A stretch of 32,000 nt of DNA from contig NC_000964.3 of assembly GCF_000009045.1 (NCBI RefSeq), forward strand, positions 540,001-572,000, read 5' to 3'. The position numbers and the translations under genes were made by a program. The stretch is from Bacillus subtilis subsp. subtilis str. 168 (GTDB lineage Bacteria > Bacillota > Bacilli > Bacillales > Bacillaceae). Positions 30,241-32,000 of this stretch are shown here, piece by piece; the stretch's first letter is position 1, and each line of letters starts with the position of its first letter. A model generated the notes under the pieces. The model saw only the letters and a list, made by a program, of their open reading frames with translations. It did no database searches and was not told the origin of the DNA.

Positions 30241-30328
30241 TGGGTGTTGACTTATATGTCTAAGCGGGAGACTCAAGTCTGCTCGATCGCATACAAAATA
30301 CCAAGGGCCAGCAACCCTTGGTATTTTT
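30241..30328 (+). repeat. Decayed tRNA-Leu 3' end plus terminator module (scar 3)
   Basis: gcgggagactcaagtctgctcgatcgcatacaaaataccaagggccagcaacccttggtattttt, compared with attR cgtggaggttcaagtcctctcggccgcatctcaataataccaaggg. Confidence 0.78.
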
Positions 30329-30370
30329 ATACCTTCATGCATTTTTGAAGTTTATGCTTAAAGGTCTGCC

Positions 30371-31243
30371 TTACTTTGCAAATCGCCGAGCTGCTGCAAC
30401 GCACATGATAACGGCGATATTCACTGCTACGAGTGCCCAGCCCACTTTCTCGTGCAGAATCACTGAGGCAAGCAGCAGTCCAAAAAAAGGCTGGAGAAGC
30501 TGGAGCTGCCCAACCGCTGCAATTCCCCCTTGGGCAAGACCTCGATACCAGAACACGAAGCCAATCAGCATGCTGAATAAGGATACATATGCAAGACTGA
30601 GCAGTGCGGGAACGCCGATCGCCGACCATGAGTCCGGCGTAAAAAAGAACGACAATGGCAGCATAAGAGGAAGCGACAGAACGAGTGCCCATGAGATCAC
30701 CTGCCAATTCCCCAGACGCCGTGAAAGTTTGGCCCCTTCTGCATAACCAAGACCGCATACGACAATAGAAGCCAGCATGTACGCGTCGCCAAGCGGGGAT
30801 GAACCTCCCCCCTGAATGAGGGCGAAACCTGCTACTAACAAGCTGCCGGCAGCTGAGAAAATCCAGAAGACGGGGCGAGGGCGTTCACCCCCGCGCAGTA
30901 CGCCGAAGACTGCCGTTGCGAGTGGAAGAAGTCCAATGAAGACAATGGCGTGTGCGGATGTGACATGCTGAAGCGCTAAAGCTGTCAGCAACGGGAAACC
31001 AATCACTACGCCGAACGCTACCACTAACAATGAAATGAGATCTCTTTTGGCAGGATGCTGCTGCCGGAAGATGAGAAGGAGACCTCCCGCCAGTACACCA
31101 GCTATCGCAGCACGGCAAACTGTGAGAAATAACGGATCGAAGTCTGACACAGCCAAACGGGTCGCAGGCAGCGAGCCGCTGAAAATGAGTACGCCTATAA
31201 AACCATTTATCCAGCCATTTGTTGTTTTGTTCATTATAATCAC
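30371..31243 (-). CDS. ydeK: YdeK, EamA/DMT-family transporter
   Basis: Translation MIIMNKTTNGWINGF... is obtained only from the - strand (GTG at 31243-31241, TAA at 30373-30371). The supplied track says +, which the sequence contradicts. Confidence 0.92.
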   Translation of the reverse strand: MIIMNKTTNGWINGFIGVLIFSGSLPATRLAVSDFDPLFLTVCRAAIAGVLAGGLLLIFRQQHPAKRDLISLLVVAFGVVIGFPLLTALALQHVTSAHAIVFIGLLPLATAVFGVLRGGERPRPVFWIFSAAGSLLVAGFALIQGGGSSPLGDAYMLASIVVCGLGYAEGAKLSRRLGNWQVISWALVLSLPLMLPLSFFFTPDSWSAIGVPALLSLAYVSLFSMLIGFVFWYRGLAQGGIAAVGQLQLLQPFFGLLLASVILHEKVGWALVAVNIAVIMCVAAARRFAK

Positions 31244-31388
31244 TCCACATATCTTTCTTGTTCATTGTCTGTATTTTCTTAACAAAACCAGCAGCTAAGG
31301 ATTACAATGACTATAAACTGGAATTGGCCTTTTATAAACAGCCAGTTTTCATAAAAAAATGCATACCAGTTAGGAGAACAACGCGCAA

Positions 31389-32000
31389 ATGGATATCACG
31401 CCTTTTTTGAATAGAACTCTGGATATTCCGCTTTATCAGCAGCTTTATCGGTATTTTAAAGAAAATATGCATCGGGGCCGTATTCAAAAAGGAATGAAGC
31501 TTCCTTCAAAAAGACTCCTGGCGAATCAGCTTTCCATCAGCCAAACGACTGTAGAACGTGCCTATGAACAGCTCGCTGCTGAAGGTTATATTGTGAGCAA
31601 GCCAAGAAGCGGGTGGTTTGCTGATTATCATGATTCTGATTTTGCTTATGATAGAATGCCAAGCACAACACCCATTCAACAAGAAGCAGAAGAAAATAAA
31701 CAATGGATTGATTTTCATTATGGGAATGTAGATTCTTCTTACTTCCCTTTTTCCGCATGGCGAAAAAGCATGGTCAATAGCTTAGACCAATATGGACACG
31801 AGCTTTATCGGCCGGGACATGTTTTAGGAGAGTTTGAGCTGAGAACACTCATTGCAGAGTACCTGTATCAATCTCGGGGGGTTCATTGCGGCCCTGAACA
31901 AGTGATTATAGGTGCCGGGAACCCTATTCTGCTGCAAATCTTGTGCCAAGTTTTTGAGCCGAATATTTCTATAGGGTATGAGGATCCTGGTTATCCAAGA
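31389..32000 (+). CDS. ydeL: YdeL, MocR/GntR-family PLP-dependent regulator, N-terminal part (runs off the right edge)
   Basis: MDITPFLNRTLDIPLYQQLYRYFKENMHRGRIQKGMKLPSKRLLANQLSISQTTVERAYEQLAAEGYIVSKPRSGWFADY... GntR wHTH plus the start of an aminotransferase domain. Not in the ORF track because it is open at the edge. Confidence 0.92.
   Translation, partial: MDITPFLNRTLDIPLYQQLYRYFKENMHRGRIQKGMKLPSKRLLANQLSISQTTVERAYEQLAAEGYIVSKPRSGWFADYHDSDFAYDRMPSTTPIQQEAEENKQWIDFHYGNVDSSYFPFSAWRKSMVNSLDQYGHELYRPGHVLGEFELRTLIAEYLYQSRGVHCGPEQVIIGAGNPILLQILCQVFEPNISIGYEDPGYPR

Noticed and set aside
30318-31298. ORFs 30318-30746 (+), 30327-30758 (-), 30885-31265 (-) and 31035-31298 (+)
   Set aside because: All overlap ydeK in other frames. 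They are shadow ORFs of a GC-richer gene.
1-32000. CRISPR array, retron, toxin-antitoxin pair or multigene defence island
   Set aside because: No regularly spaced repeats, Cas, reverse transcriptase or recognisable TA pair found by reading. SpbK is the only clear defence gene.

Overview
The window is Bacillus subtilis-type chromosome. It spans the right part of the integrative and conjugative element ICEBs1 (about 1-9932) and the adjoining chromosomal block with gene order yddN-lrpA-lrpB-yddQ-yddR-yddS-ydzN-yddT-ydzO-ydeA-cspC-ydeB-ydzE-ydeC-ydeD-ydeE-ydeF-ydeG-ydeH-ydeI-ydeJ-ydeK-ydeL. I recognised the ICE part from protein content and order: conE C-terminus, yddF, conG, cwlT, yddI, yddJ, spbK/yddK (TIR), rapI, phrI, yddM, then a 60-bp tRNA-Leu 3'-end repeat as attR. 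Most genes are known in the model organism, so novelty lies in structure outside the annotated ORFs. (1) The attR module (tRNA-Leu 3' end plus a rho-independent terminator beginning AATACCAAGGG) recurs in decayed form at about 23479-23570 and 30241-30328. This suggests serial insertion events at one tRNA-Leu site. (2) A decayed rap-phr cassette resembling rapI-phrI lies at about 20830-21120, upstream of the second scar and in ICEBs1 orientation. (3) A decayed third Lrp/AsnC gene lies at about 13270-13579. (4) A perfect 15-bp inverted repeat in the ydeB leader would bury the ydeB Shine-Dalgarno. The supplied ORF track labels 30371..31243 as +, but the sequence encodes it on the - strand. The track omits phrI and the open-ended ydeL.
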